DNA of 64,000 nt, taken from the human T2T-CHM13v2.0 reference genome, Homo sapiens. The notes under the pieces were generated by a model that saw only the letters and a list, made by a program, of their open reading frames with translations, searched no databases and was not told where the DNA came from. A program made the position numbers and the translations under genes. Shown here in pieces: positions 12,950 to 31,559 of this stretch. Position 1 is the stretch's first letter. Each line of letters starts with the position of its first letter. The stretch lies in assembly GCF_009914755.1 (NCBI RefSeq), contig NC_060930.1; one strand, written 5' to 3'.

Positions 12950-15900
12950 ATTTCCATAAGAGATGAATCCTGATACATGGGCAGATGGGAGGCCAGGGAG
13001 GGCCAACTCCACAACCTTAGTATAGGTAAAGGTGTACACAGGGATGGTACCACTCAATCTGAAACACCTTTTGAGAGAACAAGCGTGATGAACTATTCAC
13101 CATTTGCTCTCCACTTTCCTACAGGTTGAACTTATATGGGGACTGGCAAAGTCTAATAACCTATCCCCCCAGTTCAGAGACTCTGGACCAAAGAATATAC
13201 GTTTGTTCAGGATTTGAGAGTCATTCATCAAGTTATAGAAGGCATTTATCCAGTGGTCTCCAGCCTTATACATTACTCACAACCTTAATTGGTGAGCTTT
13301 GCTGGTTTATCATCTTAGATATGAAAGATGCTTTCGTTTGCATTCCAAGTCCAGAATCCAAAGAATCATTTGGAAGGAAGATCCACATAACTAAGGAGAA
13401 AACAACAATATTGTCATTTGTCATCCAGGGCTTTATGAACTCCAACCACTATTGGGGAAGTTTTCCCTAAGGACCTCCAGGGTTAGCAATTAAAAGATGG
13501 GGCTCTGCTCCAATATGTTCATGACATTAGTTACTAGCACAACCAGAGAGGCTTCCAATCCAAACACCATACTGAAATTTTCTGGCTAAATGGGGTTTAT
13601 AAGACATCCAAGAAAAAGGTTCAAATCTCAGCCCTTGGTTAGATATCTTAGATTTAACTCTCAAGGACAGAAAAACCTGCTCCCTGACTGAAGGGAAGCT
13701 GTTTGACCTATTTTGTACCTGAAAGGCAAAGTTGGTTTAGGACTGCTGATGTAGGACATGGGGAGCACCAAGAGGCTAGTTGCTTACTTTTCAAAAGCAG
13801 TTGGACATCACCAAGGGATGACCATCTTGCCTTTTGGCAGTTGTTGTCACCTGTGATCTACTTTGGGGACCCTGGGCCAGCTTACCACGGTGTATACCCT
13901 TTACTGTGTACTTTTATTGGAACAGAAAGGAGGCTATTGGCTGACCTCTGGAAGGCTAGGCTATACTTCAGGATGACCCAAATGTGATCTTAAGAGCTGT
14001 TTCTACCTTAAGCCCTGCTACTTTACTGCCGCAGATAGCATCTGAACCTACAGGTGACTGTTTGCAAATTATGGAACAAGTTTATTTGAGCCAACCATAT
14101 TTGGCCAACATACCCCTTGGAAGTTCAATTGAGATATGTTCACAGATGGAAGCTTCATGGACCAGGGACAGCAGAAAGCTGTATATGCTGCAATAACACA
14201 TTGGCCAGTTTTAGAAGCTGAAATACTTCCTCATGGGAAATAAGGATGGAAAGACAAACTTGAGGCAGGATGGGTAGTCAAGGAGGTAACCATGTCCTTG
14301 GGACATGTTACAGGCTACTGTACAGTTAACACAATAAGCCCCAGCATTCACATTGTAGTCAAGCTTATTCAAGCACAGCTATCTCCAGTAGGCAATTTCC
14401 CCTGTAGAGAACATGCATTTTTACCTGTCCTCAGACTGGCCCTTTGCTCATTTTAATAGTAAAAAAACACACCCCTGGGTGGATATTTAAGATGCTAATG
14501 CGACATATGTTTTGAACAAGCAGGTACCACTACTGCACATGTGCAAAGAACCACCCAGAACATGCTTACCAATAGCTCTTCCCACCCCCTTATGAATAAT
14601 CATGTAAGACTCCCATAAAGGGAGTCTCTAGTGCCAGTCTTTGCTGTCTCATCCTTATGAGCACCCTACCCTGAATCTCAGGGTATACTATCTGTTCTGC
14701 ACCTAATTTTCAACATATTCTTTCTCCTTTGCAATAAATTACTCTATGTTGCATTTCCTTTGCTGTATGACTTGTTTAGATTCTCATAAACTAAGAACCA
14801 CCAAGGTTTCACAGCAGCCATCAAACTCATCACCCTGACCTGGGTGCTTCAGCTGGATGAACACCCATGAGCCACAGTCTACACTGATTCAAGATTAGCC
14901 TTTTCTGTGGTTCATGCTCATGGAGCCATTTGGAAAGAAAGGGGATTTTTAACCTCTGATAACAAATTAAACATGCTAAGAATTTTAAACTCTGTTGAAG
15001 GCAGCCCTGGTCCTAAAGAAGTAGCAATAGTTCATTGCCTTGGGCATCTGTTGACAGTTTGGTGGCAAAAGACAATTGGGCACACAAGGCTGCAAAGGCA
15101 GCAGCAAGAGAAAAGGTCCAAAACTTTATTAATGCCTGAAATAGACCTTGAATCACCTATATACTGTATTTGAATGATCTGAAAAGAGCACTTGACTGGG
15201 GTTGACCCCAATCAACAAACCTAGGACAGATAGATATATAAAAGAGAATAGTCCTGGACAACTCACAGATGGCATTGGACATTCATGACATCATATGACT
15301 GGGATGTCACTCTCCAATGGATTCAGAAATATCTTAGCCCACATATGAATATGGCTGTTCAAAGTGTATTTGTGCCTGAAACAACTTCAAAACTAGTCCT
15401 CTACTCTTGATGCAAGGAGTCCAGGTGTGAGATGAAAGGCCAACTGAAGATTAGCAGGTTGACTTCACCATGATGCTAAGGGTCATGGGAAACTATCTGC
15501 TTATGTTTATAGACACTTTCAGGATGGATTGAAACATTCCCTTGTGAAAAAAAGTTATTAAGGCTTACTCAAAGTTGTTCCTCAGTTTGGCCTGCCCATT
15601 TCTACTCTAACAGTGGTGCTGCCTTTGTGGCCAAGGTAACTTAGGATGTTTATGAAGACCTTGGCGCAACTTGGAAACTACACTGCTTGAAGGCCACGGT
15701 ACAGAGGAAACACTAAAAAGATGAGTCATACCTTGAAAAAGGCTAAGATTTGTCAGGAATCAACCTGACCTGGAATAAGGCTTTGCCTATTGCCCTGATC
15801 AGAGTAAGAGTGGTCCCTACAATTGGGTCCAAACAGAGCCCTTTTGAAATCTTACATGGGAGAAACTTCCCATGCTTCTCCTCTAAACTGAAATGCCACA

Positions 15901-16230
15901 AAAGCATAGGTGTAAAAGAGCTAGACACTGTCAGGTATGTGCAATCCTTAGGTTTGACTGCCATAAGTCTTCTAGCAGGTTGTTTAGAAACCAGCACCCT
16001 GATAATCAACTGAAGCCCTAATAGAATGGACCATATGAAGTGCTGCTGGTGACTTGCTCCTCCATGAAATGTGTGGGAATTAAGGCTTGAGTCTACCACA
16101 GCTGTGTAGAGCTTGTCCCATCTGACCCACATTCAGAGCTGAGTCATCCAAAGGCTGCTAAACACTACCTAATGGATGAGCAAAAGCCTGATTGACCTCA
16201 AGTTTTTCTAAGAAAAACAACCAACTAGAT
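12950..16230 (+). pseudogene. ERV pol remnant (RT, RNase H, integrase), interrupted by a MER50 LTR
   Basis: 'WFIILDMKDAF', 'QGFMNS', LLQYVHD (decayed YVDD) at 13505-13525, 'AHGAIWKERGFLTS' (RNase H), 'LTWNKALPIALIRVRVVP' (integrase); many stops and frameshifts. Confidence 0.9.
14261..14823 (+). mobile_element. MER50 solo LTR inserted in RNase H
   Basis: TG...CA ends; 'tgaggcaggatgggtagtcaaggaggtaaccatgtcc' matches the recalled MER50 start; 4-bp TSD 'aact' at 14257-14260 and 14824-14827. Confidence 0.85.
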
Positions 16231-17689
16231 AATACCAGACTTCAGAGCCTAAGCTTTCCATCTGTTTTCTGCTAATGAATAGCCTAACCTCTTATACCTT
16301 GATTATACTGTTTTTGGATTCATTACTATTATCCTATGTAAGAAGTTAGGTGAGGGGGCCAAGATGGCTGACTAGAAACAGCTACAGTATGTGGCTCTCA
16401 CAGAGAGGAACAAAAGGGGCAAGTAAATATGGCATCTTCAACTGAAACATCCAGGTACTTACAGCGGGACTGATCAGACAAACAGCTTGACCCATGGAGA
16501 ATAGAGAAAAAGCAGGGCAGGATGATGGCCCACCCAGGAGTGACACAGAGCCAAGGGAAACTCCCCTCAAGTGAGTGAATGTGCAACCCTGGGAACCCAC
16601 ACTTCTCCCACAGATTTTTGCAATTTTGGGCCAGGCGATCCCTTCACGAACCCACTCCACAAGGGCCTTCAGTCTGACATGCAGAGCTGTGTGGAATCTT
16701 GATAGAACAGCTCCTTAGGCATACATGGAGACCCAGAAGCTTTACATATTCCAGCTCTGGGCTCCTCGGCAAAGGCAAATGCAACTCAGGTAAGGCAGGA
16801 GGTTGGACCTCTGTACATACCCCTAGGAAGGGGGCTGAGTAGCGATGGTCTGCAGGCCCCACTTCCATGGCACCTCACAGGATAAGACCTACTGGTTTGG
16901 AATTCCAGCCAGCCACTGGCAACGGTGTTACAACACCTACCTGGGATGGAATGGAGTTCCCGGGGAGATGGGGAGGGGGGCAGGCCACTATCTTTGCTGT
17001 TTGGGCAACTCAACTGTTTCAGCCTGTGGGCTTTGAAGAGTCCACACTGACTGGGAGTGAAAGAAATCCCCCAGCACAGCTCCTCTACCAAAACGTGGCC
17101 AGACACTGCTTCTTTAAAGCAGATTCCTGATCCTTTCCTCCTTACTGGGCAGGACTTCCCAACTGGGGCCTCCAGCCATGCCTGCCCGTGTTCTCTGGTG
17201 GACAGAGATTTGAATTCTCCCTGGGATGGAGCCCCCAGAGGGAAAGGTGGGATGCCATCTTTGCTGTTTGGGCAACTTAGACATTCCAGTCTGTGGGCTT
17301 TGGAGTTATCTGAGGCACTTGGGGGTAGAAGCAGTACCCCAGAACTGCACAGTTGCTCTATGAAAGTGTGACTGAACTGCTTGAATCCCCAATCCCATTC
17401 CTCCTGACTGGGCGAGACCTTCAAACCAGGGTCTCCAGCTACCTCCTACAGGTGTGTTTGGACCAGCAACAGGTCTGTAACCCCCCGGGCCTGAGCTCCC
17501 AGAGAAAGGGGCAAGGCTGCCATCTTTGCTGCTTCACAGCCTTCAGTGGTGATACCTTTAGGTACTAGAAAATCTAAGATGACTAGGGACTGGAATAAAC
17601 CCCCAGGAAAATACAGCAGCCCTATGGAAAAGTTGCCAGACTGTTAAGGAACCCACTCAAAGGTCAACAACCTTAACGATTGAGGGTAG

Positions 17690-18810
17690 AGAAGAGGCAT
17701 TCGGGTTTTTGGACTTTTCAGGCTTTTTGTGCTGGTTTCTCCCCATCTTCGTAGATTTATCTACCTTTGGTCTTTGATGTTGGTGACCTTCGGATGGGGT
17801 TTGAGTAGACGGCCTTTTTGTTGATGTTGATGCTATTCCTTTATGTTTGTTAGTTCTCCTAATAGTCATTCCCCTCTGCTGCAGGTCTGCTGAAGTTTGC
17901 TGGAGATCCACTCCAGACCCTGTTTGCCTGGGTATCACCAGCAGAGGCTGCAGAACAGCAGATTTCTGCCCTTTGTTTCCTTTGGAAGCTTCGTCCCAGA
18001 GGGGCACCCACCAGATGCCAGCCACTGCTTTCTTATACGAGGTGTCTGTCAGCCCCTGCTGGAAGGTGTCTCCCGGTCAGGAGACATGGGGGTCAGGGTA
18101 CCACTTAAGGAGGCAGTCTGACCCTTAGCAGAGCTTGAATGCAGTGCTGGGAGATCCGCTGCATAGAGCTGGCAGGCAGGGATGTTTAAGTCTGCTGAAG
18201 CTGCACCCACAGCTACCCCTTCCCCCAGGTGCTCTGTCCCAGGGAGATGGGAATTTTACCTATAAGCCCCTGACTGGGGCTGATGCCTTTTTTTCAGAGA
18301 TGCCTTGCCCAGAGAGAAGAAATCTAGATGGGCAGTCTGGCTACAGCAGCTTTGCTGAACTGCAGAGGGCTCCACCCAGTTGGAACTTCCCCACAGCTTT
18401 GTTTACACCATGAGGGGAAAACCTCCTATTCAAGCCTCAGTAATGGCAGACGCCTCTCCCCCCACCAAGATTGAGCATCCCAGGACAACTTCAGACTGCT
18501 GTGTTGCCAGCAAGAATTTCAAGCCAGTGGATCTTAGCTTGCTGTGCTCCATGGGAGTGGGATCTGCTGAGCTAGACCACTGGGCTACCTGGCTTCAATC
18601 CCCTTTCCAGGGTAGTGAACGGTTCTGTCTTGCTGGTGTTCCAGGCACCACTGGGGTATGAAAAAAACTCCTGCAGCTAGCTCAGTGTCTGCCCAAACTG
18701 CCACCCAGTTTTGTGCTTGAAACACAGGGCCCTGGTGGTGTAGGCACCCGGGGGAAATCTCCTGGTCTGTGGGTTGTGAAGACCATAGGAAAAGCAAAAG
18801 TAGTATCTGG
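17690..18810 (-). mobile_element. inverted L1PA (L1PA7/8-like) 5'UTR and ORF1 start
   Basis: Minus ORF 17657-18025 includes 'KMGRNQHKKPEKSKNPNASS' (L1 ORF1 N-terminus) preceded by L1PA 5'UTR. Confidence 0.85.
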
Positions 18811-20657
18811 ATTGATTTCAATCTTGGAGAACATGATCACATAAACAGAACTAAAGACAAAAACCACATTATCTGAATAGATGCAGAAAAGGCTTCAATA
18901 AAATTCAACACCCCTTCATGTTAAGAAATCTCAAACTAGGTATTAAAGGAACATACCTCAAAATAATGAGAGCCATATATGACAAACCTACAGCCAACAT
19001 CATAATGGACAAAAGCTGGAAGCATTCCCCTTAAATACTGAAAAGATAAAGATGCCCTCTCTCACCACTCCTAGTCAAAGTATTGGAAGTTTTGGCCAAT
19101 CAAATTAGCACTCTGGCCAGGGCAATCAGGCAAGAGAAAGAAATAAAAGGCATCCAAATAGTAAGAGAAGAAGTCAGACTATCCCCCTCTTTGCAGATGA
19201 CATGATCCTGTATCTAGAAAACCCCATCATTTCAGCCCAAAAGCTTAAGCTGATAAATAACTTCAGCAAAGTCACAGGATACAAAAATCAATGTGCAAAG
19301 ATCCGCAGCATTCTTACATACTAACAACAGTCAAGCAATGAACCAAATCATAAACGAACTTTAATTCACGATTGCCACAAAAATAAAACACCTAGGAATA
19401 CAGCTAACAAAGGAGGTGAAAGATCTCTACAAGGAGAACTACAAACCACTGTTCAAATAAATCAGATTACACCAACAGAAAAAACATTGAGTGCTCATGG
19501 ATAGGAAGAATATCGTTAAAATGGTAATGTTGCCCAAAGAAATTTGAAGATTTAATGCTATTTTCAATCTAACTACCATCGACATTCACAGAACTAGAAC
19601 TATTTTAAAATTCATATGGAACCAAAAAAGAGCACAAATGGCCAAGGCAATCCTAAGCGAAAGAACAGAGCTGGAGGCATCATGCTACCTGGCTTCAAAC
19701 TATACTACAGGGCTGCAGTAACCAAAACATGGTACTGGTACAGAAACAGACATGTAGACACCAATGGAACAGAATAGAGAACCCAGAAATAAGACCACAC
19801 ACCTACCACTATCTGATCTTCGACAAGCCTGACAAAAACAAGCAATGGGGAAAGGATTCTCTATTCAATAAATGGTGCTGGGATAACTGACTAGCCATAT
19901 GCAGAAGATTGAAAGTGGGCCTCTTCTTTACACCATATACAAAAATCAACTCAAGATAGATTGAAGCTTTAAATGTAAAACCCCAAACTATAAAAACCCT
20001 GGCAGACAACTTAGGCAATACCATTCAGGATATAGGCACAGGCAAAGATTTCACGATGAAGATGCCAAAAACAGTTGCAACAAAAGCAAAAATTGACAAA
20101 TGGGATCTAATTAAGCTAAATAGCTTCTGCACAGCAAAAGAAACAATTACAGTACACAACCTACAGAATGGGAGAAAATGTAAACTATGCATCTGACAAA
20201 GGTCTAACATTCAGCATCTCTAAGGAACTTAAATTTACAAGAAAAGAAACCTCATTAAAAGGTGGGCAAAGGACAGGAACACTTTTCTAAATACACACGT
20301 GGCAAACGAGCATAAAAGACTTAATATTACTGATTAGAGAAATGCAAATCAAAACCACAATGAGATACCATCTCACACCAGTCAAAATGGCTATTAATTT
20401 AAAAAGTCAAAAAATAACAGATGCTTTTGAGGTTGCAGAGAAAAGGGAACACTTATATAATGTTGGTGGGAGTGTAAATTAGTTCAAACGTTGTTGAAAG
20501 CAGTATGGTGATTCTTCAAAGAGCTAGAAGCTGAACTGCCATTCCACCTAGCAATCCTACTACTGGTTATATGCCCAGAGGAATGTAAGTCATTCTATCA
20601 TAAAGACACACGCATACACATGTTAACTGCAGCACTATTCGCAATACCGAAGACATG

Positions 20658-21011
20658 TGATATGGTTAGGCTGTGTGTCCCCACCCAAATCCCAAGTTAT
20701 AATCCCCATAATTCTCATGTGTCAAGGGAGAGACCAGGTGGAGGTAACTGGATCATGGGGGGCAGTTTTCCCCGTACTGTTCTCCTGATAGTGAGTTCTC
20801 ATGAGATCTGATGGTTTCATAAGGGGCTTTTCCTGCTTCACTCCTCATTCTCCTGCTGCCATGTGAAGAAGGTCCTTGCTTCTCCTTCACCTTCTGCCAT
20901 GAAAGTTTCCTGAGGCCTCCCCAGCCATGTGGAACTGTGAGTCAATTAAACCTCTTTCCTTTACAGATTACCCAGTCTTGGGTATTTATAACAGTGTGAT
21001 AGACTAATACA
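20658..21011 (+). mobile_element. THE1D-like solo LTR (MaLR) inside the L1 3' region
   Basis: 'tgatatggttaggctgtgtgtccccacccaaatc...gactaataca'; 5-bp TSD 'acatg' at 20653-20657 and 21012-21016. Confidence 0.9.
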
Positions 21012-21469
21012 ACATGGAATCAACCTAAAAGCCCAATGATAGACTGGGTGAGGAAAGTGTGATAAATATATACCATGGAATACTATGCAGCCATAAAGAA
21101 GAATGTGATCATGTCCTTTGCAGGGACATGAACAGTGCTGAAGGCTATTATCCCTAGCAAACTAATGCAGGAACAGAAAACCAAATATCGCATGTTCTTA
21201 CTTTTAAATGAGAATTTAAGAACACAAAGAAGGAAACAATACACACTGGAGTCTACTTGAGGGTGGAGGTTGGGAGGAGGGAGAGGAGAAAAGATAATGG
21301 ATACTAGGCTTATTACCTAGGTGATGAAATAATCTGTATAACAAAACCCCATGACACCCATTTACCTGTGTAAAAAAAACCCTGTATATCCTGCACATGT
21401 ACCCCTGAACTTTAAGTAAAAAAATAAAGTATTTTTAGACTTTGGGGAAAAAAACAGGTTACCCATCTC

Positions 21470-23450
21470 TGCCTTGCTAAGTGCCTAGATTGCATGTTTA
21501 TTTCATAATTCCTTTGATCACGGTGGCAGGAGTCTTATGCATTTTACATATTTTATGCCATGCTAAAGCAGTTCCATGTATTCCTATGTTTAGACATCCA
21601 TATGTTGTGACTTTCTTCAGAGGACATTGCTATTTTACTTTGATGAGTCAAGTACTTTACTACCTTAAAGGCAAACACCAGAGCTTGAGCAGCAGTTTCC
21701 CTGAATTTGGATTTATGCTTTCTCCCTTCGTTTGAATTTTTAAATGGCTATTAGGAATAAAATTTGTTACTTTTTGAACTTTTATGGATTATGTTTTGGT
21801 ATCTGAGCTATAATAATCATTCAGCACATTAGCTATCTTTATTTTACTCAAGATATGAGAACTTCTATTAATAGCCTGGATAGAATTGGACATGTCATTT
21901 TTATCTTGTCTTTCTGGAAAAGGATCAATATGATTCTGGTTTTTAATCACTCTTGACTCTTGTGCTGGCTTGAGGAGATAACCCCATGACTAGAATTTCC
22001 CAGACTTTGACCTCTTTAGGAAATCTGACTGCTGGATATCATCCCAAATCTTTTGATTCATGAACATAATAATCCTTTAGTCATGCCTGTAATTTCATGG
22101 CTTTTCCCAACTTTGTCACAGAATATGAGACCCCCACCAAGTGACCTATCTAGTAAAGGTACCTATCCAAGACTCTCTCTCCAATTGCTTCTAACTCCTT
22201 TATTGAAGAGTTGATTTTCTCTATACCCCAAAGTTATTAACTGTTCTAAGCCTGTTGATATCACTAGCCATCTGTTTGTTTTGTTTTCTAACCTACCTAA
22301 GAAATACTGTATGAAAGAAGGCACCATTATATGCCCCTGTTTCTTGGAACTACCTTGATCAATTTTGCCAAGGAAATACTTATACCCTTCCCCACTGTTT
22401 AGTTTACTATCAGCTTGACAGGAATATTAGTAGCCCATATTCTTGTATTTCTATCATCCCTTAAAGGCCTGCTCAGTCATACCTCTGAACTCTTGTCTTA
22501 GGTCTTGTCAAATTCAGTAGCTCCTTACTACAAAGCAGTGCTTGGAAATAAACTCCCTAGCTACAGATCTTTGGTTTAGTCCAATCCCCAAAGCCCTGCT
22601 TAAGACTGCAGGCTTAACCTATACAACTTGTCTAGGGTCCTGTGTGCTTACAGTATGCCTATTGTTTGTGGGGGTTCCCAGAGAATCCCCTCCCTGGGCT
22701 TACAAATGCATTGACAGCTGGTATATATGTGGAACTTGCCCACTGGGCTAGTTTCTTTCTATAGGTAGATCTGCTGAGACTAAGCACTAGACTAGCCCTG
22801 AAATTTGTTAGAACTAAAAGGTTCCTCATACTCACTTTGGAGATTCATAAGCCAGAACTTGTCTGGGTACAAAGATGGAGCCGAGTATTTCTTTGGGCAG
22901 ACTGTTACTCTGGTATGGAGTAGTGTTCCATAAATGTGATTAGAAACCTCTCCCTTACCTCAGGAATTCTTGCTGATGAAACTGCGTCTGCAGTAGCCAC
23001 CCAAAGAAGTTAATCCATTGGCTTGGGTTCTGTTAGATGAGATTGCTCTTGACTATCTTGGCAGGACAGGGTGGAGTCTGCAATAGCTAATACAACTTGT
23101 GTACATACAATGCCTCAGCTGAAGTCAAAACCCATGTGGACAAGGTTAGACATGAGGCCACTTGGCTAAAGCAGTTCTTTCCAGAAGCCCCCGAATTACC
23201 TGATTGATTTTCTGGACTTCTCATGAATGCCCCAGGCCTTGTGATCAGTTTTACAAGAGCTCCTGAAATTAGAGCTTTCCTTTTCACTAATAGGGCTCAT
23301 AATTTACCTCATAATTCAGTGTTCCATTAAATGTTGTGCTGAAACTATAGATGAGAGGACTAATGTTTTCATTATGCAGGGTGGGAGCCCCAGGCCTGGC
23401 ATGCATAAGTACCTATAGGCTATTGCAAAACAGCTTCATTTCTCTAATCC
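21470..23450 (+). pseudogene. ERV env remnant (gamma-type TM with immunosuppressive domain)
   Basis: 'WYICG' in SU; frameshifted TM 'VIRNLSLT..ADETASAVATQ...IALDYL..GQGGVC..ANTTC' at ~22930-23110; no long ORF. Confidence 0.8.
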
Positions 23451-23569
23451 TGATCATGGTGCTTCCATATGTACCCCCATTCAGCAGGAAGCTGACAGCA
23501 GTCATACCCTGAATCCTTCCTTATTGATCCCTGCCTCAGGATTCAGAAAATAAGTGAGTCAAGGGATAC

Positions 23570-24124
23570 CAAGACCATCCTCACAGGGTTAGCACTAACA
23601 AGCCAGGCTTTAGGCAGAATTATAGGCATTAACCAGGGCACACTGGTGTATTTTGACCCTCTTCCTTGCAGTTGCCAATCGAGAATCATGTAATATGCTG
23701 ATCACTTGCTTCTTCATTGTTCCTATAGACAGCATCTTTGCTGAGGCTAGAATAAGACTTTTGCTCAAACATTGCTTGGTTTTTGAGACCTCCAAATTCC
23801 AGCAGGATGGCTGGTGCCAATGAATCTGAAAATCCACCCAAGGAACTGACTCAGCATAAGAATGCCATTTTTTCATCTTTCTGTCCCATGACTTTACCTT
23901 TCACGTCTAGGGCCAATCAGCAATCCCCTCACACCTCAGCCCACCATCCATCCCACCATCCTTCTAGATTCCTTAACCTTATTCTCCAAACCTCTTGGGG
24001 AGGTAAGATTTGAGGTTTCCACCCACCTCATTTAGTGGCTCTACAATTAAGTTTTCTTGGCTTCAACCTTGGTGTTTTGGTGTATTGACTTTCTGTTTAA
24101 TGGGCAATAAATCTTACTGTTACA
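23570..24124 (+). repeat. 3' LTR (MER66-like)
   Basis: Homologous to 9605-10148; ends 'ctgttaca'. Confidence 0.85.
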
Positions 24125-24736
24125 TAAATCCTGCAGGGTCCAATCTCTGCTTGAGCCTTTTCAAAGGAGCAGAATCTGACAAGTCATCACAAGTACTATG
24201 CTTTCTTAACTTAGTAAGATCTCAAGGAGTAAACAAGTCTTTTGTTCAGTAAGACCTTAACCATTCTCCCCACTGATACCCTTTCACCTTTCTTCAAAAG
24301 GAAGAAGCTCCTCAGAAATTCAGTTCTACCTCAAACTTATTCTTGCCAGTATTTCTTCCCCTTTTAAATTCCACAATAGTTTTCCTTGCAAACTTCTCTT
24401 TCTAAATACAGCTTCCATCATTCTGGTGTTTTCTTCTGAATGCCCAAATCTGAATAGGCCCAGGAACTTGGGGGATGGCAGAGATAAAGGAGGGATTTGT
24501 CATTTGACCCTACTAGAGTAGTGACTAATTGCTCAAAGTTAGCCATGTGTCATGCAGCATGCTGCCTGGACTGAATTATGAAGAATATGTGGCATAGGCC
24601 TGGATATTAGTTCTCCCTCAAAAAACATCCCTCAGGAGAGAGAAAGTCAAATTAAGTGAAAGTCTTTACAAAAACTCCATTTTGATATAGTCTCAATAAA
24701 TTTTGAATACAAAATGCCATTTGGGGAAGATAAGTT

Positions 24737-26782
<2,046 letters not shown>

Positions 26783-27049
26783 TAACACCAACTCAGTAGT
26801 TGTTTCTGAGGGTATGCCCTATGTCTCACAGTCAAATTTTAGATGTTATTACAAATAGGCCTTTTATAGGTTTTTTAAAGCAATGGAGTTACACTGTAGG
26901 AAACAAACCCATGACCATTGGAGGAATAGGGGTAAAGACTGATACTCGTATCATAAAAAAGGTCCTTGTGGTTTGGGTTCAAGTTTCCTGCAGTTGTATC
27001 CAATTTAACTGTTATATGACTAAGAGCACACAAGCTCTGGAAAACTTAG

Positions 27050-27250
27050 GTGACTCAGCTTGTCACTAGCTATGACAATGCCAATGTTGAAGCTATATAT
27101 AAATGTGTGAATAATTGTATAAAATGAAACCACAAGTTTTAAAATCATGAAGACATTTAAAAATGTATATATAACTAATCCAGTTGGGAGACATTTGACA
27201 GTTTTTCTTTAGCCCTGAAAGTTTGTATATTTAAGATATGCAAAGAACAT
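27050..27250 (+). mobile_element. hAT/Charlie transposase N-terminal remnant
   Basis: 'atgaaaccacaagttttaaaatcatgaagacattta' resembles the MKPSKLxRHL motif of Charlie/Buster transposases. Confidence 0.45.
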
Positions 27251-27829
27251 TTGCAACTTCAGTGGAAGATGGAAGTGCCTTGCCTTTGGTATCGTATTCG
27301 GGCAAGAGGGCACCTGTTTGCCTGTATTGAGCCTAGAGCCTTCCTCTGCCATTCTTTCCTGGTTTCAGGACCTCTTGACTTCTCCAAACAGATTTCCATG
27401 AACCAGTTGTTTCTTAGGAGGGACAAAGTGAATATCTTGCAACAGAAGGGAAACTTTTACCCTTTGTTAATGATGTTATTGTAGACAGCAGCTGTTGCAG
27501 ACCCCCCACAACAAATCTATATCAGCTCTTTTATCAGCATAGATCCCTGCCTCTGGCTTCAGAGGGAATGGGCTGTTATGTAGCTTTGAAGGGATGCCAA
27601 ACAATTTAAGCAAATGTATGTTTTGCTGTAGTAAGAACTTGGAGTGTATTCCCCACCCACCTTGGGAAGGTGAGGTCTCAGACTCCACTGAGAACTTGGA
27701 GTGAACTCCCCCTCCCCTCATGAGTGTGAGGTTACCTCTTAGACTCCATATATGAGTTACTGACCCTCAACTATTAGACTTTGAAATACACATAGACTCA
27801 AGATTTGACACAGAGCTTAGGCTGGGGCA

Positions 27830-31300
<3,471 letters not shown>

Positions 31301-31559
31301 ATATTGCAATATTGTATATATATGTGGCAGAAGTATACAAATACTAATGTCACTGGTCTACCCAGATCACAATTCATTTACTACTTAGTATTTTGCAAAC
31401 TTGTTTTTCTCATCCTAGGGACCTGACTTTAGTGACTTCTCAAATCTATTGGTCACAATTGATCTCTTGATTTTTGCTGTGTTTATTTTCGAATCCTTCC
31501 TTTTTGAGAGCTCTTCTCTGAGGCTTGTGGCAACTTGTTCCCCAGGGGCTCAACTGTAT

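Larger units (their letters stand above)
16352..21430 (+). mobile_element. rearranged older L1PA inside the provirus (5'UTR 16352-17690; ORF2 3' half and 3'UTR 18820-21430)
   Basis: L1 start 'gggggccaagatggctgactagaaacagct'; 'tttgcagatgacatgatcctgtatctagaaaacccc' (FADDM RT motif); L1PA 3'UTR and A tail. Confidence 0.9.
9605..24124 (+). mobile_element. decayed class I ERV provirus, MER66 family (LTR-gag-pro-pol-env-LTR)
   Basis: Homologous direct LTRs at both ends (shared 'gctagaataagacttttgctcaaa', 'ccaaattccagcag'), PBS, and retroviral motifs in canonical order. Confidence 0.9.

Noticed and set aside
16786-17424. 212-aa minus-strand ORF with internal repeats
   Set aside because: Antisense reading of internally repeated L1 5'UTR sequence; no protein motif.
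9601-24128. Target-site duplication for the MER66 provirus
   Set aside because: The flanks ('cata' versus 'taaa') do not match convincingly, so no TSD is claimed.
27634-27748. Spaced direct repeats resembling a CRISPR-like array
   Set aside because: Only two imperfect units in mammalian DNA, with no cas genes.
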